From: Bispira polyomma
Lineage: Eukaryota
Direction of reading: 5' to 3'
Assembly: GCA_965649765.1 (NCBI GenBank)
Contig: OZ287750.1
Location: 78,926,001-78,990,000 of the forward strand
Length of the DNA: 64,000 nt
The position numbers were made by a program, and so were the translations under genes. Shown one piece after another: positions 1 to 14,208 of the stretch. The notes under the pieces were generated by a model. The model saw nothing but the letters and a program-made list of their open reading frames with translations. It was not told the DNA's origin and did no database searches. How positions within the stretch are numbered: position 1 is the stretch's first letter; each line of letters starts with the position of its first letter.

Positions 1-584
1 TAGGAATAAAAACTTTTATTGCAATCGCAAATATTACAGTTGGTTTGTGTGTGTGTTTGGAGACAGTTGCATATAACTTATAAGGAGGAAACAAATCACA
101 ATCGCAAATCGTACCGGTACATGGTACTGCGAAAATAGTACTTGTGGAGACGTACAGTAATGGTAGTAACAAACAATCAAACCAACAGACACGGGTGTAA
201 AAACCTCCCTTTTTGTATGTAAATCTGACATAATGAACAGAAAGTTTGTTATTTCAAAAATATTTGATCATAAATAGGGAAAGGATTTTTAAAGGTGGCA
301 TATTAATTTTTTATTATAAAATAATTTTTATTTTGTTATTTACAGTCCAAATCCCTGACAATGTAATAAAAAGAAACCTTACAACAGTAAATTCAGTAAA
401 ATATCCCTGGATATATGTAGGTTGTGACAATTGTATTAACATGTCTTTGCCAATTTTATTGTACCAGTTTTGTGTTGTATAGAAATGATATATTTTTGGG
501 TTGGAAGTTAATTGTCATCATGCTGGCAAAAGGTTAAACACAGTTAAACCCTCGATTGTCTGTGCATCTGTTTTCTAAAAATTA

Positions 585-774
585 CAGTCAAACTCCTTCA
601 GCAAAACTCTGGTATTTTGTAAATTTCCCTTTTTATGTCAAGAAATATCGAGGTAGTCTCCGACGACGAAGGCCTTTTCCTTCAAAAGTCTACCCTGTTA
701 ATTGGAAATCTCTACTTGAGTAGAGGTATTTTTCATGCTCCAAGAGGGTCAACTTAAAGGGGGGGGTACAACTG
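585..774. mobile_element. TA-flanked pogo-type MITE family A (CAGT...ACTG, ~180 bp)
   Basis: Shared core GTCTACCCTGTTAA.TGGAAAT...AGTAGAGGTA. Other copies at 15455-15644, 44189-44306, 48300-48472, 51245-51595, 52530-52709 and 56923-57103. Confidence 0.7.
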
Positions 775-3236
775 TAATCAAGTGTATGTGCAGCTTTTAA
801 CTAAATGACTTCTTTTTTTTTAACAAAATTTTGCTTCTTTCTAATAGATTCTGTGTTTGCTGGCTAATGGACTTTTTTCCCAAAGGTCAACAAGTAAATT
901 TTATGGTATATAAGTCCTTTTTTTTGACAGCTACACCTTTCATAACTTAACCAGATAAAGATAAGTTTAATAAAGGTCAAAAAGTAGTAAAAATACAATT
1001 TGAAAAAGTTTTACTACTTTCTAGTCAAAAGGTGACTGTCTGGTTTCAAGGCCTCCCATACAATAAAGCAAATCGTCTATATTTGTTCAAACTTTTTTTA
1101 AATGGTAAATGTGACATTTTAAAGTCCAAAGACAAATTTGTGTACCATACTCATTTCTTACAGCAGCTTCTGTTACTTTTCCCAGACTAACTCTGAAATC
1201 ATTGAATTTTCAAAGAACATTGATGATGTATTGATTAGTTCCTCTCTTTCTCAGGTTGAAAATCTGTTCTTTTCTTTATTTGCAGTAAAGCTTTAAATAA
1301 ATTTTTGAAATTGTTTTTAACTCTCTCTAAAATAAATCTAGATCTAGAGTGCTATAAATTGAGGCTGCATCTTGTTATTGACTTTAAAAAATTGGGGGTT
1401 TCAACTAGTGTTAAAATAGTATGCATTGCATTACATGTCATGGGTCGACAACCAATGCCATTTTCAGTTTTGTTCTATCTTTTTCTTTTCTTTTTTCTAC
1501 CTGATAGAAATAAAAACAACAACAAAAAAACAAGTAAAAATAAGAAACTTGAGAATGATGTAAATTGTCACTACCAGTAGCAGGTCCAGCCAACATGCAG
1601 TGGTTTTTAAGGCTGGCCTTCGTTTAACCATCTCACTTCTTCCCCCATTTTGTCTTGGAACTGCTATTTCACACACACGTGTACAAAACTTCTTATTTGA
1701 ATGATTTCATAAATTAAAATTGACAAATTAAATTTTAAATTTCTTTTTGCAGTTTTACAGCGTCTATCAATGTATAATGTAACCTGTTAAGATATAGGGA
1801 TTAAATTGCAAGTTGTCTTTAACTGTCTTTAAGTAACCAGTTTCAAACTCGTCAAGAAACATTCTCCCAAGTGCTGACATATTTTCTCACGTGATGAGAG
1901 GTGTTTTTTCCTGCTACTTTATTTCTTTTGTCTTTTTATACTCCCCTGGAACAAAAAGTTGAGGTGGTGGTATACTAGAATTAGATTTTTTTTTCGGTCT
2001 GTCCGTCCGTGGATACAGTCTTTCATGGACCACTATTGACAGAGTATGTCCACAGGTGAAATTAAAACCCAAGCTGATTTTAAATCAAATTTTCAGTCCC
2101 GCCAAGGCAGATTTTCAGTCCGTCTTGGTAAGATGAAAATTTCAATTTTGACTGGGCAGATTTGAAATCCGCCTGGATTTTCTCCTGTGACATATACATA
2201 TTACAATACATTTCCATAATTCCACAGCTACTTGGCAAAGCTTGGTTATGCCCTTCAGATGTTGTCAATATCAGACAAAGTTCAATAAGTACAAAAGCAA
2301 AATCATTAGCAGATACATGGTAATTACAATCTTTACCCACCAGGAACAAAACGAATGAAATTCAATGGTCACTGTGAACTCTTTCTTATCATTCAGGTAC
2401 AAATAAACTTGAATAGTGAAAATGATGTCTCCATAAAACTGTGAAAATGTGTGTATCTTTTTGTAATGGAAAAAATCGCCAATGTACAGTATTAATCACT
2501 GAATTGGCATTATAACAACACTTTTGACTTTGATCTTTCGAAATTTCAGGTTCTTACATACATCATCCTTGGCTCTTTGAATTTTGTCTGATGCAGATGT
2601 ATATTGCTGGTTTGCTGCATTACGACCTTTACCAACATTTTTCAACAATAATTTTGACATAAATTGGTTGGTATAATATTGGAAAACCACAAGGCCTAAT
2701 CAATGCCAACATTCATCTAGAAAAATCAGAAAAATCAGACATAAATACTGCTGTAGTCAAACATACCTATACCAGCTGATCCAGGCAGTTCGGAGTATTA
2801 TTCAATGTATGTTGCTTGTACTGCCACTATTGTGGGGAATTGGTCTGTATTTTGTGGGTTGATTAATGGAGTACTACAGACGATTAATCGAGCCACGTCC
2901 AATTGTCCACCAACTAACTGCTACCATATATGGCTTAGCTCCCAGAGATGAAAGCAGGTAGTACAAATTGTCTGCAGGTGACAACAGGTTAGAACGGTTA
3001 CAACTCTAATACTCTACAAAACAGTATAAGTGTTTTATCACCATACGTGCGTCCTCGCCATTGTCTCGGAAATGATTCTCCATACACTTCTATGCCTATA
3101 TTGCGCCCCTATGCCCACAAGATGCAGCGTAGCAGTATAATAAAGTTGTACATATGTTTGATTTTGAGTGGACTTTCTGTAATATATTTTTGAATTTATC
3201 ATACCAAATATATCTTCTTTTTTTTCTGTTTTATAG

Positions 3237-3324
3237 GAAAGTTATTGGCAAGATTGACCAGTCAGAATTTGAAGGCTTTGAGTATGTAAATCCACTGCTG
3301 ATGTCACAGGAGGACTGTGTCTGA
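3237..3324 (+). CDS. aPKC: Terminal coding exon of atypical protein kinase C (PKC iota/zeta family); upstream exons lie outside the window
   Basis: Polypyrimidine tract and AG acceptor at 3235-3236. Translation [28 protein letters not shown], stop TGA 3322-3324. FEGFEY is the aPKC hydrophobic motif with Glu in place of phospho-Ser/Thr; the C-terminal xCV resembles the aPKC PDZ ligand. Confidence 0.93.
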
Positions 3325-6043
3325 GCCAATGACATTGCAGCATTCATTAAAGCAGCTTGCCAACCTGATTTAGTTAAACCAGTTTCATCAGAATACTGTT
3401 TTATAACTGGAGTACTATTTGCATGAAATAGTGTTTTTTTATTGTTTCAAGATCTGTATAAAAGTGACTTTTAAGTTATTTTGTGATGGTGATTTAATGT
3501 GAAGGAAGGTGAAATTGGTATGTGCATTGATACATAGATGAAATTATATGATGAAAAAACAAATACTTTAAAATAAGTTTTACACAAAATGTATTACTCA
3601 CTAGTGATTGTGGACATTTATTGTTAGGCAGACTTTAAAAGCACACCGTCCCTTTTTAAAATGTATTTATGAAAAGATTGGAAGTCAATTATCCACCTAA
3701 TAGTTTATGAACCGCTTCTTTGTGATCTCGAGGAATATTGAAAAGCTAAGCTTACTTGTTGGCATTCAAAGCACTAGATATATATGAAAAATTACCTTTT
3801 GCTTGAAACTGGAGGAGGTTACAGCAGGAGTTTATAGGAGTTTTTCCATATTTATCCAAGTAAACTTCACAGGGGCGATAGTTTTTTTGTTTTTTTTTTC
3901 AAATTTACCTGCTTAGTTGGTATAGCTCAAATTGCCAGCAATAGATACTAAAACATAGAACACCCAAAAGTCAGTCCGAAACAGTTCACAACTTATCCAA
4001 ATGTAATATTTGTTAAAAAAAAATTTACGACCTAGAAGTGGATGGCATTTATTATGAAGGACACTTTTGTTTGAATAAATACGGTAAAGTTGACCACGTG
4101 GTACTTATATGATTGGGCTTAGGAGCTTAAATGCTGTTTCGCAATACTTCAAATTTATAAAAAACGTTAAATTTCTCAATGTTAAGTACCCGGGTATGTA
4201 TGTATATATAAGTGGACCTTTCTATGTCTGCATCTTGTGGTTGTAAAATGGATGTTTCCATCAAAACGGCTTCCGGTTACGGCTTGCCATTTGTGTTAAT
4301 ACGAATTTTGCCTCATCCGCTTGCCTGGAAGTACTCTCAAAAACACCCATGTGCAATAATAATAGGTGGTAACAAGTGGTAATAAGGTTATATTCAGAAT
4401 AAGATGTCGTATTTGATAAACCACATCTCTCCCGCCCGCCCCCCCCCCCCCCCATACTGAAATGAAACTACAAGCCCACACAAAGAAACATCCACTTATA
4501 CAACAGAGTATGTTACCGAGTACAAAAAATTTTAAAAAATTTATTACGTACTGCATGATAGCTTAGTACTGCATGATAGCTTAGTGTAAATTTTTGATTT
4601 TACGGAAAATAAGTCTTTTGTATCAGCATACTGCATTTAGTTTTCCAGTTGTATTGATCTTTATCAGCAGTTGTCTTTAATTTAAAGCTTTACTATTGTA
4701 ACGATTACCCGATATTATGTAACAGATACTTAAAGTTTACATTGAAATACTTGTTTTCTGTGTATATATCCTGTTCAAATACACCAAAATGCACCCCATT
4801 TTCCTAAATTTCACAGAACTGCCACTTTATATCCTCGAACGTCGAATGATCATCTTTAGTATAGGTATATATTAAGACAGAAATATAATGAGAAAACTAT
4901 TAATACTATTGAATACAGAGAAGCACATCATAATTTAATGACCCTTGTCATTTAACTGGACTTTCCCTATTTTTGGAGACTCGGTGCCTTAGAAGACAGG
5001 TGTCAGTTATGTGCTATCTATACATGCTTCCATAATGATAATAATGTGAGGCAGTATAGACAAACTCTATTTGGAACCCTTTTTAGGTCAGCAAATGAAG
5101 CTGTGGTATGTATGTGTTCACATGAACCTCTTCATATCTCAAATAGGACATTCTGTACAACTATTTGTTGTAATTTGTGACATCATCCGATCCCAGAAAC
5201 AAGATATGGCGCGATCTATCGCTCGACTATTGCTGAATCGATTGAATCTAGAAACCTTTGTTTTTTGAGACTGCAATCTGTTGGTACATGTATATATGTA
5301 TACTGTTTCCATTGGTAACTGAGTACTTCATTTTCATTTTCCAATTTGAAACACTGCATGCATCATATACTTAGAAGCTTTAAAAGGAGATGTGGTGTCC
5401 TACCGATTAGAAGCAGTAACTATTTTATATTGTCATTAGCCAGCTTATCAATGTGGGTTCAAATCCTGTTCATTCATGTGGGAAAGTTTGGCACCAGGTG
5501 GTTTACAGTGCCTTAGCACTAGTTTCCATCACTGTTAAATCTGGCCGCCATGATACGATTTAAGCTGTTGAAAGGGACGAAAGTCAGAAGTTTCTATCCC
5601 AATCCCTGGTTTTGTGATAAGGACCGCATGCCTTCACGGAGTTGAGAGAAAGTGACTTCAGGGTACTTGCTGTAAGCTCTTGGTTTACACAGTGGCTTCA
5701 GTACTGGTGGTGGTTTTTCCACCAATAAATCTGGCTGTCCTGTATATGACATAGAGTTGTTGTGAAAGCGGTGTATATCTCCAACTAAATCTATGTCCAC
5801 GGGTTTTCAAGTGTACTGTTTCTTTGTACTCAATCTGCATGAAATAAAATTACATACATAAGTTTAGGGATATATAGGTACATTGAAACCAGTTCTTACC
5901 AGTAAAAAATATTTACTTTTCACATTTATTATGATGATTATGATGTCTTTCAACTTGTAACTTATATAAATATATATCTAGGTTCGGCATATTTTATAAT
6001 GTTTCATGTACAAACTATTTACTTTAATTCTGTAAATAATAAA

Positions 6044-6080
<37 letters not shown>

Positions 6081-6255
6081 TCATGTATATATTTTCACAC
6101 ATTGCCATGTATGTCTTAGTATGTCAAATAGACTTTTCCCAACAAAAAAAAACCCATAGTGTTTGTTACATAACCTTTTTTGTATTGTCAGTGATATAGT
6201 TAATATAATCTTGTAGTCAATGGTATTAATAAAGAAACATCAATGAAATAAACTT
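3325..6255 (+). other. Probable aPKC 3' UTR (end uncertain)
   Basis: AT-rich sequence after the stop, with AATAAA hexamers at about 4074, 5843, 6038, 6228 and 6247. The true cleavage site cannot be read from sequence. Confidence 0.35.
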
Positions 6256-6319
6256 ATATACGCTCCATATTCTTGTTTATGTTTATTCAGTAGAACCTCT
6301 ATTTTACAGACATCTTGGG

Positions 6320-6710
6320 AGTAAAGTATTGCAACCATCATCACTAAATTTGTTGTGGAGGTGTATCATGTCAATAGCTTGGTTGGGATTGTATTTGGGC
6401 CCATTCTGAAAAACAAGATGGCTGCCATCTTGAAAACGGTTTCCGGACATTTAAAGGAAAAGTATTGCAGCTATCATCACCAAATTTGTTGTGAGGGTGT
6501 ATCATGTCAGTAGCTTGGTTGGGAATGTATTTGGGCCCATTCCGAAAAACAAGTGGCCGCCAAGTTTTGTGGTCTATAGAACCGTTTGCGGTAAAATAAC
6601 TATAAATCTGTACAAACAAATAACAAACTTGAAAATGTGTTGCTGGACCCTATCCCTGATACTAATTGCGCAACTTTCCTTTTTGGGGTCTCTAACCCCA
6701 CTTGTTAGTA
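6320..6710 (+). repeat. HINE-like 3' remnant with two ~135 bp units and a terminal hairpin
   Basis: AAATTTGTTGTG...GTATCATGTCA.TAGCTTGGTTGGGA.TGTATTTGGGCCCATT occurs twice. Hairpin TGGGGTCTCTAACCCCA followed by CTTGTT at about 6684-6706. Confidence 0.55.
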
Positions 6711-6954
6711 GGCTTTCATGACTTAATTTAACTTCAATTTTAACTACGATACATTTTAATCAAAAGACGGATTTACTTCATTTGGGGTATTCCAAGGACG
6801 AAAATGCAAAGGTAAAAATATTGTGAGAAAAAAATGTAAGAGGCAAGTGTGAATTTTATTCTGGTCTCATTTTGGCCTCATGGGGAGTTGTGATCTTAAC
6901 CTTGAAAATCTATATTTGTACCTCAAGTATCTACTAATAATAAGTGCATATGAA

Positions 6955-7650
6955 AACACTCGTATTGCAAACATCTGTCGCTGCTGCTATTACCATATAC
7001 GCAACCTCAAAAGAAACTGAAACCACCTGTCCATGGACACAGCGATAACTGTGGCTAATGCCCTTGTGAGCAGCCGCCTTGACTACTGCAACTCTCCTCT
7101 GTACGGAGCAAACAAGTCCCACATTAAAAAGCTCCAGTCCATCCAAAACTACTTATGCAGGGTTATTTTTCGCCTGGGTTGTCGCACAGATGTTACTCCT
7201 TACCTTAAAAAATTACACTGGCCCCACTCGCCCATTCTTTCTCGTATTTTGTTCAAGATTTACGTTGCCACTTTTAAGGCTGTAGTCACTCAACAGCCCC
7301 CTACCTTGTTTCCCTTCTCTCCTTCAGTAACCATAAGAGAGGCAACAGACTCTGTTTTTTTCGGTCAGACCCATCAGGAAGGCAGGATCCAGAGCGTTTT
7401 CTACTGCAGCTCCATTGTTAAGGAACAGTCTCCCAGTTGACCTTAGTTGACACACTTATTGGTTTTAGGAAAAAGCTTCTATCTTTTTAAGCTTGCCGTC
7501 CCACCTTAGCTTCCCTTGTGCACGCTCCCACTTTCTTCTTTATAACTTTGCTATGCCCATGGACTTAATGATTGGATCAATGATTCTGCTGTTGCGCTTT
7601 GGAAGATGTCTAGCATCAATAAAGCGTGTTAAAAATTCGTAATAATAATA
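6955..7650 (+). mobile_element. Decayed 3' fragment of a related L2/CR1 LINE
   Basis: TAITVANALVSSRLDYCNSPL...LQSIQN..LCR...VTPYLKKLHW resembles the C-terminus of the 17.6-19.2 kb ORF; ends in an (AAT)n tail. Confidence 0.8.
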
Positions 7651-9614
7651 TGCTAGCTGCCCTTCAATTGACCTTGGGGATACAATAGAGAACCTCTATT
7701 ATTAGGGGTGTGGATGTACAACATCTGTGAATCATTTGAATCGCTTGACTTTATAGTACTAACCTGACCTGAAACAATCTGTTTGACCCCTTTCACCATC
7801 GATTGAGACTAATTCTACTATACAGAGGGAAAATACTTTAAAACCACTTTCTTTTATGATGTCGCCTATGACTTTTTCACAAATTAAAGAATATATATTT
7901 TATCGTTATGTTAAAAGCAGTAGTACATAGATTGCATTCCTGTGTGCTGAGGAAGTTGACGTACAATAATATTATAGACCGTATTATAGACCGTCCACTG
8001 CAGGCCAACAGACATGGTAATAGAAATGACAAGGTTGATAAGGTCGTCGAGGAGTTAAGAAATAACATCTAGATTACAGTTTGTGTTCTTCACAAGAAGT
8101 TCATCGTTGATACTAGTATTCACAATGGGCCCCTATAAAGATGACCACCATGGTTTGCCCTGATGTTGACAAAATAACCTTGACCAAAAACGTCTATCGC
8201 AGTAGCTACTTTTGACAGCAAGTTTAAATGTGGTACAACTATTTGTTACAGAGTCCAGATGTGCAACCTATACAGGTCTGACATAATTTTGATATTTAAT
8301 GGTAAATTAAATCGCCTTCTAAATACATTAGGATGACTTTTTACAGAAATATTTTTCAGTTCATATTTGGGGTTCAGGTTTCAGATTTTCCTCCTTGCTT
8401 AATTATAGAACGACTTATTTTCCACCTTCGCAGCGGCGTGTCTACAGGATACATTCTACTATGGCTTAAGTTTATAGAAGATTAATTAATAATTCAATTT
8501 GCGAAGGCCAAAGATAATAGAATTTTAGACAAAGACAAATTGTACAACGACGAATACATCATAAAAAAACACTGTAAAAGGCTGATGATTTAATAAGGTC
8601 TACATCAATTCTGCATCAAGGGAAACTTTACAAAGAATTATTTTACACAGACCTATTAAACAGATCTATTTTTCTTTGTCACTACAGACGCAGCAGCTTC
8701 ATTGATTTGTGGCCACAATGCTTTAAATTTCCTCCTATTATAAAAATTTTAATATAGAACCGAAAAAAATTTGCACTTGGAGGTTGAATTACTTTGATAT
8801 TTCTTCTTGTAGTTTCAAATGGAATCTTTGCAAAGCTGCCTTTTATAATTCCAAGTGTCTAAAGATGGAGGTCAATACATTTAGACCAAACCCTTTAGAC
8901 CATAGTTATAAAAAGTATTTGGCAGTAGACTTTCTGCTGAAGGCCAGTGGTTTGCAAAGCAGAAAACCTTGACCAACTGTTTTTGATTTGCTCCTGCAGT
9001 AAATTGTCAGTTGTGATAGAACATGTTGAAAACAATGTTTATGTCCCCACCAATGGTATCTTTACTCACTTAGTATTGTAGTATCATTTGGGTGATGATA
9101 ATTATAATATTCTAAACCCTCGGCAAGGCAATAATAGCACTGTTAGACTAGTTGTGAGGAACACAGTGAACTGCCTCTCATGATATGACATGTAGGTGTC
9201 ATGTAAGTGACCTGCAAAACCCAAAATAAACTAATAATATAATCTTAAACTGTCTGTCTTTGTAGAGACAACAAATGTATCTTCAGGTATAACTGTATGT
9301 CTTGAGTTCCTTGCTGAAAGTTCTCTTAAAATCTCTTAAAAGTAATAAATGCCCAGGTCTTTTGCATTTTTATAAAAGGTGGACTATTATTAAAGAAAAC
9401 TGGAGATCTATGACGGTGTAAGATATTGTTAAAAAAAAATTATTAGTAATTTGTATAAAACATTTTAACTGTCCAAAGAATATCCGGATTTTTAACCATA
9501 GGTCAATGCAATTTACATGCTGACGCTGCATTTTCATACAATTACCTAATAAAATTCACCATACTATTTTAACAATTTCAACACTGATTGAAGTGATGAT
9601 TTCCCATAATATTT

Positions 9615-12312
9615 TAAAAGGGGTGAGGGCTATAATTAGAAAGGGGCCTTTATTATGTAGAATACGGTATGCCATTTCATTTCTGAAAATCTGAGCTTTA
9701 CAGATTTCATTTTTATTATTACAGTTAAAATACAAATAGTTAATTAGTTTTATTGATCATTACGAGAAGAACAATAAAGTCAATCAGCCAATAAAATATG
9801 ATATTTATTGTCTGACAGGTGGCTGTCCCTGATGAAAGGACACAGTTTTAAGGTTAACTCACTTCAAATTAACTTTTTTCAAGTTCATTTAACTGGGGTT
9901 TCATGTTGCTTTTAATGCGTCTTGTGTCATTTCAGGACAGGCAGCTCATTGGTGAAGGAGCTGCATATAGTATGCAAAGGTTTTCTGCAAACCACCGGCC
10001 TTCAGCAAGTCAACTGCCAACTTATGACCAGAGTGAGATTTTAACCCACCAATGCAGAGGTGGGAGCTGAATGTGTTATCACTACACAACAGAGGTTGGA
10101 GCTAAGTGTGTAACCACTACACTAAGAGGTGGGAGCTGAGTGTGTTACCACTACACAACTGAGGACCATCCTAAACATTTTTATTGTCAGGCACAGCCTG
10201 ATGTTATTTTTCATTCTGGAACGGGCGCCGGCATTGAAAAGGGCGCCACCATCTTGGAAATAATATCCAAGGTGTTTATGGATTGGTTGGAATCAATAAA
10301 GCTGCCCAAACTCAGCGAAGTCAGATTTTCCTGACATTGATACACAATTTTGTACTGTCCACATGTATTACATAAACAAGGATTAAACTGGGCCACAAAG
10401 ACCTAAATCAAGGAGAAAAACAAAATCCCTACTCAAACTAAACCCTTACTGGAATAAACCCCTCCCTGTATTACATCTAAAAATCTGTGAAAAGGGAAGG
10501 GTGTTGCTATAATTACAGAGGGGCCTTTATTATAAAGAATATGGCATGCTATTTTATTTCTGAATATCTGAGCTTTACAGATTTCATTTTTATTATTCTA
10601 CTTAAAATAGAAATAGCTAATTAGTTCTATTGATCATTACGAGAAGTACAATGAAGTCAATAAGCCAATAAAATATGATATTTATTGTTTGACAGGTGGC
10701 CGTCCCTAAAATAACACAGCTTTAATATTACTTCACTTCAATTTAATTTTTTTAATTCATTTTACGTGGGTTTCATGTTGCTTTCAACGCGTCTTGTGTC
10801 ATATCTCATCAGGCAGCTCACAAGTGTAGGAGCTGCATATAGTATGCAAAGGTTTTCTGCTTTGAAAACCACTGGCCTTCAGCAAGTCAACTGCCAACTT
10901 TCCCGCATATATGGCTGAATATTTTTTATTATCAGTCACAGCCTAATGTTGTTTTTATTCTAAAACAGGCATCGCCATTGAAAAGGGCACCGTCATCTTG
11001 AAAATAATATACAAGGCCTTCAGGAATCGGTTGGAAGCAAAATCGAGCCGTCCAAACTGAGTACGCTGCCTAAGTATAAAACTCGAGCCCTTATCATCTG
11101 CATTTTAAATAAAGTGAGTTTGTTGCTCACTAGACCACAGTCACAAATATTGTGTAATGTAGAAAGTTTGACGTTTTTGTATATGACAGAATAGGAAAAG
11201 TGATCAAATCCTTCTCCTGGGACATGTGGTGTACAATAAGGAACTAGCTAGTTAGTGTGCCTATATTTCCCTTTTGCTCACCTAGTAGAGTGTGGACCTC
11301 GTGGTCTACAGGTGGTGGACATTTGCACTCATGGTAGCAGCCCCAGAAGCTGGATATTGTCTAATCCTTCTAAGATCCTTTAGTTGAACAAAAGAGGCCT
11401 TGCACACTGCCCTGGACATGGTGTGCAAATGAGAAATCAGAGTGCCCAAGGTTCTGTACAACTTCAGCAGGATATAGCAGATAGCAGGTTATATGTTCAC
11501 TGGAAACTTATCCCTCAGTTTAACAAGCTGTGACTTAGAGCCAGACACAATGAATCCAGACTTGTCTGGATTTAATTTGAGCAATAATTGCAGTAGTTCT
11601 GGTTGGTTCTGATTGTGTAAACCAATAAGACCCTGGGACAGGGTCCCTGGGACACAGTTCATGTGTTTGACGGGTGAATGTGACAGAAAACCATAAAGTG
11701 ATATTCTAACATGACACGGCTGTGTCAACGATTCTGATTGGCTCAACTCTATGTTAAAAATACCGTACATGTACGAACGGAAGTAGACTAATTTTGTCTC
11801 CAGTTTAGTTGATATCCAAATGGATATAGTTACTTTAATAACGTAATTATTAAGTAAAACAGCTGGAATCAGCTAATAATTTATATTTGTTATGCTAGAA
11901 TAGAGATAACACATTCCAAAGCATGCTATACGGTAATTTTTAGCACTCTTGGGTTTAGAAAGACTTGGGCTTCGCATTTGTGTTACTACACCTCCAATCG
12001 TGCTAAAAATTACCATATAGTATGCTTTGTCCCGTGTTATCCCTTAAATATCACTACTACTGGTCACCAAATTTTCTTACCCTGTTGTTTTATACTAAAA
12101 TTCATTTACTATTTCATGAACATCTTATCATTGAAACACAATTTAGTACTCCCAACCTGTATTACATAACAGAGTATAAAACTGGGCCACAAAGACATTA
12201 ATTAAGGAGGAAAACAGTCTAGGCTGTTGAAGTATCAATATGTGTTGGTCGGTGTACAGACAAAATCCCTACTAGAATAAACCTGGACTGGAATAAACCT
12301 CTTCCCTATATT
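9615..12312 (+). repeat. Interrupted tandem duplication of a ~0.88 kb segment
   Basis: 9617-10320 matches 10490-11060 (e.g. ATCTGAGCTTTACAGATTTCATTTTTATTATT; GCCAATAAAATATGATATTTATTG; GGAGCTGCATATAGTATGCAAAGGTTTTCTGC). 10363-10473 matches 12158-12312. Confidence 0.85.
11490..11600 (-). mobile_element. Short L2/CR1 RT fragment
   Basis: LKLNPDKSGFIVSGSKSQLVKLRDKFPVNI aligns with KLNPDKTEFILFGSKLQREKLSSCFPVDI of the larger copy. Confidence 0.65.
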
Positions 12313-13221
12313 AATGTTTTTTTAAATAACAATTAGCAGTTCCGTCTAGACTCTAATTTTTTTTAGATAACTTGTAAATTAAGTTAACAGAGTTATTTAT
12401 GTAACAGTATGTGTATGGACAGGTGCTTTTAATTGAACTGTTGTACATTTACAATATTTTACAGCCCACATTTTGTATCAGAAATTGAGTGATTTTAGTA
12501 TTTCCGTCTTCCTGGTTACAAAGTCTTTAAGGCAGAAACGAAAATGAATGGGTAGGGTTGTTCATACAATTAAAATTCATACAATTAGTAAACAATTATA
12601 AGTGGTGAATATTCACAGATAATAAAGGGGAATGACTACTTATTAATTTCAAATACATTCCAAAAGCTAATTCACCAAGATAAATTTTCAGAAGCTATTT
12701 GTTTACAGGTTTTGTTTAATGTTCAGCTATCTGGGATTTGACAGGAAATCACCTAGTTCTATATTTTTCAAGATATCTCAAAAAATCAACAGTTCAGAGC
12801 TGTTTTCATTTATATTGTAATGTCATTCTCTGTGTGATGTTTAATTTGATATATGATTTTTGGGCCAGCACTTCGCCAAAATTCAGTATGTATAGTGCAA
12901 AAGGCTGTGAGATAACATATAATAAAATTAATAGTGTACTAACCTAACCCCAAATGAGACCTCCCCCCCCCCCCCCCCCCCCCCCCCCCCCGACTACACA
13001 AACTGCACCCTTGTGATACTTTTGTCTCAGTCACTGATAACTTTTGAGCCTCTAGTCCAAGACTAAGACTGTACTGGTCAAAAGCTTCTATGCAAGGTGC
13101 AAAAAGGGAGCGTATAGACAAGTGTAGCCTGGCTCAAGGCTTGATTGAGTTTCCTATACAATAATAAAATTAATAAAATTGCAGTTATGTCAATTGATTT
13201 GAATTTAGATATTTAACATCC

Positions 13222-13448
13222 ACCCCAGTACCTTTTAGTAGGTTATATTGGGATGGGTAGTTGGAAACGCTGGAGGAAACACTGCATACAGTCGGTCAAG
13301 GTTCTGCACTGAAACCAGCGGCCCACAGTAAGGAACCACCACCTTTCCCACATAGGCATCGACGGGATTCGAACTCATGCCGCCCAGAGGTGAGAGACCA
13401 GTGATTGTGAAGCGCAATGCTTGCTAACCACTAGGCCACCGCGGCCCC
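13222..13448 (-). mobile_element. tRNA-derived SINE (family 1)
   Basis: On the - strand GGGGCCGCGGTGGCCTAGTGGTTAG (A box) ... GAGTTCGAATCCC (B box). Related copy at 23817-24030 (+); decayed relatives near 5390-5820, 8920-9030, 9890-10170, 10760-10910, 20760-20980 and 55990-56145. Confidence 0.8.
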
Positions 13449-13861
13449 GTTATGTCAATGGACTCAATGCACACCTGAATAACATAATGTGCTCTTATCA
13501 TTCTTGTATTGCCACAATGACTCTTTTGACAGCACCAGTGGTCAACTATGGTCCAGTGGTAAAGGAGTTGATCTGGTGATTGAAAGGGCTTCAATTTGAC
13601 TCCCGGTAATGCCATAATGCTTGGGATAAGATCCTTGGACAAGATGTGAATATGCTTGTCCTCATTTTACCGTAATATATCGTTTTTTGGCCCTGAACAA
13701 AAAATGGCTGTATATATGTGCAATTTATGATCTGTAAGGTCTGCTGTTAAAATTAGGAAAAATTATTATACTACATTACGGTACAAAAACCATATGTGAT
13801 TAATATTTATTAAAAATCTAGAATTGCTGACCTACTGTTCAAAATTGCTGACGACTATGTA

Positions 13862-14208
13862 GTAGTGTCTGTGGCCTAGCAGTTAGAGTGTTCGACTTTG
13901 AATCAGAGGCTCCCACAGGGTACTAGGTTCAATTTTGGCTGTAAGCCGAAAGATTGTACCCATGGACAAGGTACTTTACACAAAGTTGTTCTTTTCCACC
14001 CAGGTGTATAACTAGGCACTTGGCTGCTAATTGGTGTTATAATCTCTGCGTCATATGTGGCGGCACTGCTAGTATATGCTCCTTCGTGGAGCTAAGAGTG
14101 AACAATTGGTTGACAAGTGGAAGAACCCAAGCTGAGGTTTGTAAACTGTGTACAGTGCTTTGAGCTACCAAGAGAAAAAGCTATATAAATGCATCACATT
14201 TACATTTA
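13862..14208 (+). mobile_element. tRNA-derived SINE (family 2) with L2-like 3' tail
   Basis: A-box TGGCCTAGCAG and degenerate B-box GGTTCAATT. Central CAAGGTACTTTAC...TCCACCCAGGTGTATAA block. Tail GTGCTTTGAG...AAAGCTATATAAAT...(ACATTT)2. Confidence 0.65.

Noticed and set aside
1-3236. Further aPKC exons or short ORFs
   Set aside because: No kinase C-tail (turn motif) sequence was found; treated as intron with MITE/HINE fragments.
12344-12351. Canonical Smad-binding palindrome GTCTAGAC upstream of Ski (feedback element?)
   Set aside because: A single 8-mer is expected roughly once by chance in 64 kb; there is no cluster or conservation evidence.
13340-13448. tRNA gene
   Set aside because: A and B boxes are present, but the sequence continues into a repeated SINE body and has diverged copies.
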